The translations under genes and the position numbers were made by a program. DNA of 34,663 nt, from contig NC_069005.1 in assembly GCF_001194135.2 (NCBI RefSeq), positions 26,685,300-26,719,962 of the forward strand. The letters are read 5' to 3'. How positions within the stretch are numbered: the first letter of the stretch is position 1; each line of letters begins with the position of its first letter. The stretch is from Octopus bimaculoides (taxonomy: Eukaryota). This document shows positions 22,377-32,276 of this stretch, one piece after another. The notes beneath the pieces are model-generated. The model was not told where the DNA came from and did not search any database. It saw nothing but the letters and a program-made list of their open reading frames with translations.

Positions 22377-22620
22377 ATGCTATGCACGGAGTTTCGTTCA
22401 GTACTGATGCAGAATTGAGAGCTTGGTTGGATCAATTTTTCAAGTCGAAATCAGGTGATTTCTACCAACGAGGTATTGAAAATCTTGTTGAACATTGGGA
22501 AGAAGTTGTAAACAACAAGGGTGAATACATAATTGATTAATTAGTTGTTATTTTTTATTAAACCTTTTAAAAAATTTAAATTAAAAAAAAAACAGCGGGA
22601 ACTTAGTTGCCAACCCAATA
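22373..22620 (+). mobile_element. Tc1/mariner (mariner family) 3' remnant: transposase C-terminus, right TIR and TA
   Basis: SNAMHGVSFSTDAELRAWLDQFFKSKSGDFYQRGIENLVEHWEEVVNNKGEYIID* is a typical mariner C-terminus. The TIR at 22593-22618 reads TTGGGTTGGCAACTAAGTTCCCGCTG on the minus strand and is followed by TA. Confidence 0.9.
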
Positions 22621-23529
22621 TAAGGAAACAAATGTTTATGGCCTTAGAACAGGTTAAATATGTCTCAAACATATATGAACTGATTTAAATGTTGTTTAAG
22701 AGTGAAGTTAAGGTATAATTATTTCTCGTTTATTTAATGATACTTTCAGTGAAACACATGTGACACAGCCACACTCACACACCATAACTCTCTGTAATGT
22801 TAATAACAATAGATCCACTGTCCCACTACTACCGTAACTTTACCCTTCCACCACCAAAGAAGACACAATGTTTAACAAAACTATCATCATCATAATCATC
22901 GTCGTCGTCATCTTCATTAGCAGCAGCAGCAGCAACAATGACAATAGAGTTATCCACTGTTTTCTCTCGTGATAAAAGGGCAGTTACCAGGATAAAAACA
23001 TATCAATTGTATATCAAGTGTTTGTGTACTTTATGAAATATAAAGGATTGTGAGCATGCATGTGTGTGTGTGTGGGGGGGGTCACGGAGTTCACTTTACA
23101 AGCACGTGGTTCTGATCTCTATGTGACTATGGGAAAAGCAAAACAACGACTGGAGCTGGAAAAGAATACTGCAGGCCACTAAACAGAAAAAAGTAGGAAG
23201 GAAACCCAGATTGAAACAGAAGCACCATGCAGGTACTTTTGATGGTCTTTGTGGCCAGGTGATATATAACACAGTTCAGAATAAAGAAGATCACCCAAAT
23301 GCTCCGAGTTCAATCTCTACTAAAGGCAGCATTTTGAAAACAGCAGAAGGACATCTTAGGAGTCATAATCTAAGTGGGCCCAACTCCCTTAGAGTGTCAA
23401 GAACTAATGAGCTGAAACACTTGTTTGACAGGAGTCCTTCCTCTGAAGGTTGTTCCTGCTGTTCACTGGCCCCTTGTCTGTCCTTGTTTGTCCCCTCTAA
23501 GTTTAGCCCCTTGTGGGCAATAAAGAAAT

Positions 23530-23685
23530 AAGAAGCTTGCTTCCCAACCACATGGTTCCAGGTTCAGTCCTACTGCATGGTATCTTGGGTAAGTGTCTTC
23601 TACTATAGCCTCAGGCCGACTAAAGCCTTGTGAGTGGAATTGGTAGACGGAAACTTAAAGAAGCCCGTCGTGTATATATATGTGA

Positions 23686-23728
<43 letters not shown>

Positions 23729-23935
23729 TCTGTGTTTGTCCCTCACCACAACTCGACAACAGCTGTTGCTGTTTACATCCCTATAACTTAGTGGTTCAGC
23801 AAAAGACACCAATAGAGTAAGTACCAGGCTTTAAGAAATAAGTACCAGGGTCTATACATTTGACTAAAATTTCAAGGTGATGCCCCAACATGGCCACAGC
23901 CGAATGACTGAAACAACTAAAAGATAAAAAAGATA
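23530..23935 (+). mobile_element. SINE family 2, near full length
   Basis: Head (minus its first ~20 nt), core, internal (TG)n and tail. Confidence 0.9.
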
Positions 23936-23978
23936 TACAGTAAATAGATGTTGGTATGTAACAGAAATATGAACTTAC

Positions 23979-24074
23979 CTGGTCTCTGACATTCTTCACA
24001 TAAGGGTCTAAATCGATGAAAAGGTCATGGCCCTGATGAAAGTATGTATTTTGAGCATTCATGAAAGATAACAT
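23979..24074 (-). CDS. ACAP2: ACAP internal exon E, 96 nt, phase 0-0: MLSFMNAQNTYFHQGHDLFIDLDPYVKNVRDQ
   Basis: ttattgcag|ATGTTA...GACCAG|gtaagt. It matches ACAP2 MLSFMYAHLAFFHQGYDLFSELGPYMKDLGAQ. Confidence 0.96.
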
Positions 24075-24184
24075 CTGCAATAAAAAAAGCAAAAATCAAG
24101 GAATAAACACTGGTGATGGCTGATGAAATATTCATATCAATCGTTAGCACAAGGTTGCACATTATTGGTGGGCAGGAAGGAGTT

Positions 24185-24350
24185 TATAATTAACTGACAC
24201 AATATATAACTGGTACTCTCTTTCATCAACCCGTCAAAGAATGGAAAGCAAAATCCAAGTCAAGCCTAACAGGATTTGAACTCAGAACATTAGTGTCATA
24301 CCTAAATACTGCAAGGTAATTTAATCAGGTACACTATTGCTTCTACCCTA
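24185..24350 (-). mobile_element. Diverged SINE family 1 copy
   Basis: taactggtact...gatttgaactcagaac is the reverse complement of the family 1 body. Confidence 0.55.
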
Positions 24351-24439
24351 AAAAGCATCAACAACATCAAGGAGCCAACAAGGGAGACGCTACATCAGTG
24401 GTTCTTATGGGTCTATATGACTTGGGAAGGATATCTACT

Positions 24440-24790
24440 TTTACTTTGCTAACCATGTGGTTTTGGGATCAGTCCCACAACATGACACCGTGGGTAAATA
24501 TCCTCTACAACAGCCTCAGGTTCACCAAAGTCTTGTGAGCTGATTTGGAAGATGGAAAATGAAAGAAACTTGTCGTGTGTGTGTGTGTGTGTGTGTGTTC
24601 CCCACCACTGCATGACTACCTGTTTTGTTTTGATTACATCCTCAAAACTAAGCAGTTCAGCAAAAGAGACTGATAGAATAACAACCAAGCTTCAAAGAAA
24701 ATAAATACAAGGTTGATTTATTCAACTAAACCCTTCAAGGCAGTGCCCCAGCATGGCCACAGTTCAATGACAACAAGTAAAAGATGAAAC
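24440..24790 (+). mobile_element. SINE family 2 copy
   Basis: Colinear with 23530-23935. Confidence 0.85.
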
Positions 24791-24862
24791 TATATACTGA
24801 CACAAACACAGTTCAATACTCAAATTACAGATAAAACCAATCAATACAATTTATATACTCAC

Positions 24863-24907
24863 AGTTTCTAAGACATCAAATCGTTTCTTCAATCGCAGAA
24901 CATTAAT
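24863..24907 (-). CDS. ACAP2: ACAP internal exon D, 45 nt, phase 0-0: INVLRLKKRFDVLET
   Basis: tattccag|ATTAAT...GAAACT|gtgagt. It matches ACAP2 INVLQSKRRSEILKS. Confidence 0.93.
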
Positions 24908-25139
24908 CTGGAATACATAATTAAAATGTTCATGATTTATACCACACACAATAAAGAGTGCTTAATAAACAAAATATAATAACCAGACACAATGCACAAC
25001 GAGTAATTAATATATAATGATCTCACACAATGCACAGAGAAGAATTAATATAAAAATAATCACAGAAGATGAACAGAATGCTTAAAACACCATGGTTACA
25101 CACACACTCTTTCGAACTATTATCACCACAATATACTAA

Positions 25140-25306
25140 ATAGGTGTAGCTGTGTGGTAAGAAGCTTGGTTCCCAGCCACATGGTTCTGGGTTCAGTCCC
25201 ACTACATGGCACCTTGGGCAGGTGTCTTCTACTATAGCCTTGGGCCGACCAAAGTCTTGTGAATGGATTTGGTAGACGGAAACTGAAAGAAGTTCACCGT
25301 GTGTGC

Positions 25307-25375
<69 letters not shown>

Positions 25376-25488
25376 GATATATATAATCTGAGTGAGTGAG
25401 TGTGTGTGTTTGTGTTTGTCCACCACCACCACCACCACCACTAGACAACTGGTGTTGGTGTGTTTACATCCCTGTAACTTAGCGGTTA
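25140..25488 (+). mobile_element. SINE family 2 copy, 3'-truncated
   Basis: The head and core are well preserved. It ends at ccctgtaacttagcggtt. Confidence 0.88.
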
Positions 25489-25649
25489 GGAGATGTAGGA
25501 GACGTGAAAAGTAGGAGATGTGAAAAGTTGGAGGGGGAAAGATAAAGAAAAAAGAGAAAGATGAAGAGAGATGGAAGAGGTGAGTAGTAGAGAAAAAAGA
25601 AAGAAGTGATGCTAAAACTCAATTGAGTAGCATGAAGATTTGTAGTTAC

Positions 25650-25833
25650 CTGGTAAACATAGTCCAAAGAATTGTGTGCGAAAGCAGAACTCATAGCTAT
25701 CAATCCATTTGTTGCATCCTCACATTCCTGAGGTTTGCTGCGAAGGGCATTAGAGTTTTTTATCAAGGCATTGTCCATCTCATCACTGATTTTCTCAAAA
25801 TATTTCTTTGCTTCTTTCACTTTTCGGATATCC
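25650..25833 (-). CDS. ACAP2: ACAP internal exon C, 184 nt, phase 2-0: DIRKVKEAKKYFEKISDEMDNALIKNSNALRSKPQECEDATNGLIAMSSAFAHNSLDYVYQ
   Basis: ttctttag|GGATATC...TACCAG|gtaact, inside ORF 25479-25994. It matches ACAP2 DLRKFKDAKKQFEKVSEEKENALVKNAQ...ALDYVLQ. Confidence 0.96.
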
Positions 25834-26280
25834 CTAAAGAAAAATAAGGGATGGAAGAACAGACAAATTAGCCAAGCAAAAATGAAACCTACAAATGAAA
25901 TTTGACTGCGAAATTGAGGATTGAGATATAGGTGGAAGAATTTATAGACTCTCGGGCAAGGGTTCGGGGTGAGCAAAATTAACCCAGCAATCAAGAACTT
26001 CTTTGCAAAATCCTAGTTTCGGGAAATTTTGAGTACTCCTGCAGAGTTAGACACTGGAGCTTTCATATTTCACTGCTATGACTACACTCCGTTTCAAGGG
26101 AAAACTAAAAGTGGCAAAAGTAACCCCTGAATTGTAAGTGACTAAATGCTGGATCTTTGGAGTCAAACTCTTGTAAATGAGAGTCCTGAAGAGGCATGCT
26201 TCATCATGTAGAGATCAATAGGCAGTATTTAAAATATATTATCCACAAGTTAAGGTTGGTGATAGAAAAAAACACTACAA

Positions 26281-26627
26281 TCATCATCGTCTAACATCCA
26301 CTTTCCATGCAGGCATGGGTTGGACAGTTTGACAGGAGCTGGCCAGGTAGAAGACTGCACCATACTTCTGTGTCTGGTTTGTCATGGATTTTACAGTTGG
26401 ATGCCCTTCCTAAAACCAACCACTCTGCAGAGTGGACTGAGTGCTTTTTACATGGCACCAGCACAGGTAAGGTCAATTTTGGCGTGGCATTTTTACAGCT
26501 TCCAAATGGCAACTACTTTACAGTGTGGACTGGGTGCTTTTTACATGGCATGAGTATCGTAAAATCCTGCTTCAAATAACTAACTATATGTCCAATCCAT
26601 GCTAGAATGAAAATAATGGATGTTAAA
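26281..26627 (-). mobile_element. RTE-type 3' UTR copy with an inverted terminal fragment at its right end
   Basis: It starts tcatcatcgtctaacatccactttccatgcaggcatgggttgga and ends tccaatccatgctagaatgaaaataatggatgttaaa. Confidence 0.75.
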
Positions 26628-27493
26628 GAACAATATACAGCAAGTATATAAAACACAGACCACACAATATCCAAAATAAAAGGGCAAAGACAGGAGACAA
26701 CAGCCCACTGATGGATATATTCTTCTTCATGCCTAAAGAATTCTGGTTATACTATTAATTTGCTTATGCCACAAAGTTAACTTGACTGGAAGCTCCATCA
26801 GTTTTTAATCATTGTTGTCAACTGGAGGACTATAGCAATGTAAAATAGTATCTTAGACAAAGACAAGACATTGGACCTACAATCTAATGAATAAGCCAAG
26901 TTACTTGACATTCGGACCATACACATTCTTACACTATACAGAGAGTGCTCATACACTGACTATACAGAATATAGAGAGAATTTGCATAATAACCACACAC
27001 AAAAGTTGACCAACATCGAGACACAAGTGGCAGGGTTATATAGTTAGAAGTTCAGACAGTAAAAAAAAATAACTTAGATTATGTACATGTAAAGTCTACC
27101 CATGTACATTCAGTTACTGGAAATTTCATTCTTTCATGCTAGAGCTGTGCTCCCTTTTGAGGATAAATCTAAAGAAAGCTTCAAACATATTTAGCTGAAT
27201 ACTTGGTCTTAAAATCCTTCTCAAAAAGTTCTGAAGTCATGCTTCATCAAGTAGGGCCTAGAGAATTCATGGATGTCCATGGTTAATGTTAAATAGTGAA
27301 ACATCCAGAATCAGTGATTGGGTCTGTTTAGCAAGCTTGGTTCACTTCTTGGCAATAGACTGGTATGTGGATTGAATATTAAAACAAAATTAGAAACATC
27401 TCAAAAATCAGTATCAACCCCCACCAAATTTCATTATCTTCCTAAAACATACAAACATGTAGATGCATAGAAACAACCCAATGTGCACATGCA

Positions 27494-27559
<66 letters not shown>
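27494..27559. repeat. (CA)n microsatellite close to the exon B donor
   Basis: Pure CA run of about 30 units. Confidence 0.95.
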
Positions 27560-27561
<2 letters not shown>

Positions 27562-27584
27562 AATCTAAATGCAAAATTACTCAC

Positions 27585-27643
27585 TGTTTTATAAAATTGT
27601 TAATATTTTTGCAAACAGATCTGTTTGCTTGGTCCATCAACAT
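27585..27643 (-). CDS. ACAP2: ACAP internal exon B, 59 nt, phase 0-2: MLMDQANRSVCKNINNFIK(Q)
   Basis: ttattttcag|ATGTTGATG...ATAAAACA|gtgagt. It matches ACAP2 ILFDQTQRSIKAQLQNFVKE, and the split codon CA+G is completed by the next exon. Confidence 0.93.
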
Positions 27644-28774
27644 CTGAAAATAAAGAAAAAGAGGAGTTTTTGAGGAAGAAGAGGAATAATATCTAAACCA
27701 GAATGACTGACATAAAATAATGTTTAATGATGAAAGAGCAATGAAAGATGTAAATGTTGTTCCAAGCTTTTAACATCAACACCATCTGCTTGATTAAGAA
27801 TGTTTTTAAATGATTATGCAAAATGGAGGTACTCTCTACCAGGAATCAATCACCAATATTATTTTGAACATTTGTATCTATTGTCAATTGAAGAAATTCA
27901 AACTGTGAAAACTACCAAAATAGTGGTCCACTTCCAGTTAGTTTGGAACTCCACTACCAAGATGATGTTACACAATTTGAACCTGCTCCTGCCAGGTAAA
28001 TAACATGAGAAACATATGGTGCTTGACTTAGAGCACAGTATAATTTTATTAATGAGACAACAATACTTGATATTGTGGTAATTTAGCCATAGGTCAACCT
28101 TCAAGGCAAAAACCTATAATAAAGAAATATTCTAGCCTTGATGATCAAATTTTTTTTTTTTTTTTTTGTGGGGAGTGGTTGTCTCAGACAACATATCATT
28201 TCTAATTTTAAGTAGGGTCTGATTCAACTGATGTTTCTAGCAAGTCAGTCAAAAGTATAGACATGTGTCAGCTTCACTCAGCCTTTTATTTATTTATTTT
28301 TTTTTTTAAGCTGGGACAAAGGCAAGGAAGAAATGACATGTTTTCATAAGAGGACAATCTATATATAAGACACGAGTCAAACAATCCATTAATTTGTTGG
28401 TTAAGTAGCTACCAATTGCCAAATAATAAATAAGTGAAATTGCAAGAGTGTATGTGATTATCGTTTTTGGCGTAATGGTCCTCCCAAAATACAACAAAAT
28501 ATTAAATTACATTTTACAAAAATCACATTTATAGTACCCCGATATGTTGCGGCACTAAAATTCTCTGATGTTAATAGAACCATTACTACAGGTTTGTTTT
28601 GTATAATTCTATTACTTAAGGGGAGATAACCCCCAACGCTTATCTAATGTTAAAGCATATCTAAGAAAGATAACTCCAAACTTTTTCGTTATTGTATTTC
28701 GTTGGCAAAATTCATCATGTAAATCCGTTATATTAAAATAAATTTCGTGAGAGGGGAGAGTCATTATGCGAATA

Positions 28775-29060
28775 TTAGTTACACAAGCACTCATTCAATA
28801 CCACTCCTTTATTATTAGTAAATTGGTTAAATTAATCAATCGTTTGTTTAACTTATTGGTTAAACAGTCGTTTGATTTTGTTTTTGTTTTTTATTGGGCT
28901 TTTAGTTGCCATTTGCAACGTTTTCAACTGGACTTTCATGTAAAACGAAAATAAAACAAACGACAGACTGTTTAACCAACACGTTAAACGAACGATAGAT
29001 TAATTTAATCAACTGCCTGATAATAAAGGAGTGGAACTGAACTTGTGCGTGTGTTATTAA
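28775..29060. repeat. Long imperfect inverted repeat (arms ~120 bp, spacer ~48 nt), possible MITE/foldback element
   Basis: 28775-28869 matches the reverse complement of 28966-29060 at 78/95 positions by manual count. Pairing continues inward past a 4-nt indel. Confidence 0.85.
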
Positions 29061-29760
29061 TGTCGACGTCCCCCAAACTTTTTTAACGTAAAAGGGGAAA
29101 ACCGAAACCGTCCTCAATGAAGACGTTTTAACATCACTTTCATAAATAACATTGTGACAAAATACATAGTACTATAGGTTGTCTTTCATTCTTCAGGATC
29201 GAAATACCAAATTATACAGTGTTTGATGTTCGTTTTTTTTTTTTTTTTTTTTTNNNNNNNNNNNNNNNNNNNNNNNNNNNNNNNNNNNNNNNNNNNNNNN
29301 NNNNNNNNNNNNNNNNNNNNNNNNNNNNNNNNNNNNNNNNNNNNNNNNNNNNNNNNNNNNNNNNNNNNNNNNNNNNNNNNNNNNNNNNNNNNNNNNNNNN
29401 NNNNNNNNNNNNNNNNNNNNNNNNNNNNNNNNNNNNNNNNNNNNNNNNNNNNNNNNNNNNNNNNNNNNNNNNNNNNNNNNNNNNNNNNNNNNNNNNNNNN
29501 NNNNNNNNNNNNNNNNNNNNNNNNNNNNNNNNNNNNNNNNNNNNNNNNNNNNNNNNNNNNNNNNNNNNNNNNNNNNNNNNNNNNNNNNNNNNNNNNNNNN
29601 NNNNNNNNNNNNNNNNNNNNNNNNNNNNNNNNNNNNNNNNNNNNNNNNNNNNNTTTTTTTTTTTTTTTTTTTTTGTTAATTATTTATAAGAAATAAAAGA
29701 CTACAAATCTATATATGTATAATTAACCAATCCAAAATAAAGTAATTTATTTGTACTTAC

Positions 29761-29814
29761 TGAAAAATATTTCATCACTTCTGTCATAGCATCAGCAAAA
29801 CGGGTCAGGGATTT
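29761..29814 (-). CDS. ACAP2: ACAP (centaurin-beta) internal exon A, 54 nt, phase 0-0, BAR domain: KSLTRFADAMTEVMKYFS
   Basis: The minus strand reads ttttaccag|AAATCCCTG...TATTTTTCA|gtaagt. The peptide aligns with human ACAP2 TSLTKFSDSLQEMINFHT (recalled). The symbol marks the ACAP1/2/3 co-ortholog. Confidence 0.93.
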
Positions 29815-30379
29815 CTGGTAAAAGATTAAGACAAATCATTGAATATTGTGGGTCATTATCCTTTCGTTTTGAAATCAAACCAAAATAGTACAAACACAAC
29901 ACTGACTTACCAGACACTGGTCATTCAAAACCTCTTATAAGTAACACTAATTTACAAGCAGAAACTTCAAATTCTCAAGGCTGCCAGAGAGCCTTATAGG
30001 TACGTTGCACAGGCTAGTATCTTGAACTATTTAACACAGTATTTATCAACTTATATTGTTTATACTAATTTCACGGCAAAATTCAATTTCACGATTGGTG
30101 TTTTCTGCAATAGACTTGACATATCTCAACAGAAAATAGTTGCAAAGGTGACATCCCTCAACAAAAGTTCAGACTTATGAAATTTTGAGTGGATATACAA
30201 GACTTACAAAAAATAAAGAGAGGGTCAAAACGCGTGCACCAATAAATTTGATACACTCTGAAATTGTCAAAGATATGCTTCAATTTTTCTAAAATTGAAC
30301 GAAATAGATAAAACAATGACAAATACACACATACTTGTACATGATGAACAAAATGAATATTAATAATAACATAATGTAG

Positions 30380-30446
30380 AGAAGATTTTGCCAGGCGAAA
30401 TGCTTAGGAGTATTTCATCTGTCTTTACGTTATGAGTTCAAATTCT
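30380..30446 (+). mobile_element. SINE family 1 head fragment
   Basis: gccaggcgaaatgcttaggagtatttcatctgtctttacgttatgagttcaaattc matches 641-697 and 1305-1362. Confidence 0.75.
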
Positions 30447-30450
30447 TTAT

Positions 30451-30645
30451 AAAGAACAAATAAATCTCCCTCAATACCGCCAAATTCCACTCAGTGGCTA
30501 CATAGACTCTTGCGCCAGAAACAAAAACCCTAAATTCCCTTTCTATCAATGTAAAGACAGAATCTCCACACAAGAAAGAATCAACAAGGAGAATCTTTTC
30601 ATAGAGAAATTCCAACCATTTCTTAACACACAAACCCCTCAGTGA
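30451..30645 (+). mobile_element. Penelope-like element remnant, C-terminal GIY-YIG endonuclease region
   Basis: The open frame has no ATG: KEQINLPQYRQIPLSGYIDSCARNKNPKFPFYQCKDRISTQERINKENLFIEKFQPFLNTQTPQ*. It resembles the PLE ending H...PLSxH...C...FPFY...R...KE.xFI.KF.P.LN. Confidence 0.7.
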
Positions 30646-31101
30646 CCTTATTTCTCTAAGAGCAGACATAAACGTCCTGTTGACAAAGAGTTCATAACTC
30701 CAACTAAAAAGATTTCTCTCTCCTTACATACACTTCCTGTTTTGACACCACACTTCCTGCTTAACACAAACTTTTAGCCCCTTTTCTCTTTTTTTAAACC
30801 TAACACAACTCTCGATTTTCATGCATCCTTATTTTTCCAACCNNNNNNNNNNNNNNNNNNNNNNNAAAGCTCAAAGACAATATAATGTATTGGTATATTT
30901 ATTTTTTTATATATTATCTTTTTTTTATATTATTTTTTTCATTTTTTACTTTTTTGTAAAAAACATTTTCATTCTCCCTCTTCTTGAAAATTTGCCATGC
31001 AATGAAAGACAGTTAGAATCTATATTAAAATATGCTTTCAGTTTAACATTTTCCTATTATTTCTCCACGTGCGGTTAACACAACCCCACTATTTACTGAC
31101 T

Positions 31102-31175
<74 letters not shown>

Positions 31176-31268
31176 GTGGGGTGTTGAAAAGTTCCTGGCT
31201 TTCAATAAAAGAAAATACAGGAGGATCAGTTAATAATGATTTTATTCAGCATAATCTCCTTTCGGCAT
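31176..31268 (+). mobile_element. Mariner-type MITE, left part only
   Basis: ggggtgttgaaaagttcctggcttt...gaggatcagttaa matches the left ends at 34003 and 34286. Confidence 0.8.
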
Positions 31269-31294
31269 CCCCTCATGTGTGTGTATGTGTTTAT

Positions 31295-31610
31295 GTGAAG
31301 GCATATAGTTTAGTGGATAGGGGTATTCAGATCATAATCATAACGTTGTGAGTTCGATTCCTGGTGGTGCTCTGTTGTCCTTGAGAAAAGCACTTCAATT
31401 CACATCACCTCAGTCCACTCAACTGGCAAAAACGAGTTATACCTGTATTTCAAAGAGCCAACCTTGTCGTATTCTATGTCACGCTGAATCTCCCCAAGAA
31501 CTACGTTAAGAGTACACATGTCTGTGGAGCGCTCAGCCACTTGCACTTTAATTTCATGAGCAGGCTGTCTCGTTAATCAGATCAACTTGGACCACACAAC
31601 AGAGTGCCAA
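31295..31610 (+). mobile_element. tRNA-derived SINE family 3, full length
   Basis: A-box-like TAGTTTAGTGG (31306-31316), B-box GTTCGATTCC (31352-31361), a core resembling 22310-22376, and a 3' end matching 5237-5338. Confidence 0.8.
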
Positions 31611-31989
31611 TGTGTGGTATGTATGTATGTATGTGTGTATGTATGTGTGTTTGTATGTCTGATGCTATGATGTATTGCTGAACATAGAACAAATCAATAT
31701 ATACATGAATGCCAACGTTATGTGTGAATTCGATAATAAACAATACATTGATACAATATATCTTTGTACCACCAGCTACATATATATATATATATATAGT
31801 ATGATGTTAACCCACTTGTATATACTGCGTTGTCAACCAACTGGTGTGTGTGTACGTAAATATATAACATTTATGAAGGACGGTGATTAGATAGCCAGAC
31901 CATAATACTTCTTAACCTAGGTTGCATCATCTAAGTTCTGGATATGATTTTAAACTGCATTCGGGAGAAGGAACATAGTTTATAGTCCC

Positions 31990-32170
31990 ATGGTCTTGAA
32001 GAGTATGGAACCACCTCTTAGCAACTCTGATCTATTCTGACCCATCAGGATCCCAGCTGGGGGTTAATCAGCAAGTCAATAGGGGAGAGGGAAAATGTTA
32101 GCCTGGGAAGACCAGGCAACTAGTCTTGGAGAAGAAAACCCTGATGCTAATCCCATGCTGCCTTGTGGCC
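31990..32170 (+). mobile_element. Probable RTE-clade 5' region fragment
   Basis: ggcaactagtcttggagaagaaaaccctgat resembles the GCAACYAGTCTAGGAGAAGGAAAACTCTGA motif I recall from RTE/Expander 5' regions. It is a single copy here and was not verified. Confidence 0.45.
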
Positions 32171-32276
32171 ATATCTGTTTTACATCTATTTTTCCATAGT
32201 AGCATGGGTTAGATCAGCAGTTCTAAACCAGGGTCCATATAAGATTCTGTTGTTGAAATTTATCTGCAATATATTA

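Larger units (their letters stand above)
2867..23978 (-). other. 21,112-nt GT-AG intron of ACAP between exons E and F
   Basis: Bounded by the exon E donor (gtaagt) and the exon F acceptor (ttacag). The two flanking exons are adjacent in the orthologous protein. About 5 kb of it is N, so the length is approximate. Confidence 0.85.

Noticed and set aside
23211-23531. 106-aa plus-strand ORF, faintly like an R4/Dong LINE C-terminus (KGSILKTA..HLR)
   Set aside because: The similarity is too weak to call by eye, it has a TTG start, and the 3' part runs into repeat sequence.
25479-25994. 171-aa single-exon protein
   Set aside because: Only 25650-25833 is ACAP-like and bounded by splice sites. The flanks are intronic low-complexity sequence.
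31295-31370. tRNA gene
   Set aside because: A and B boxes are present, but there is no intact cloverleaf and it continues into a SINE body shared with 5237-5338.
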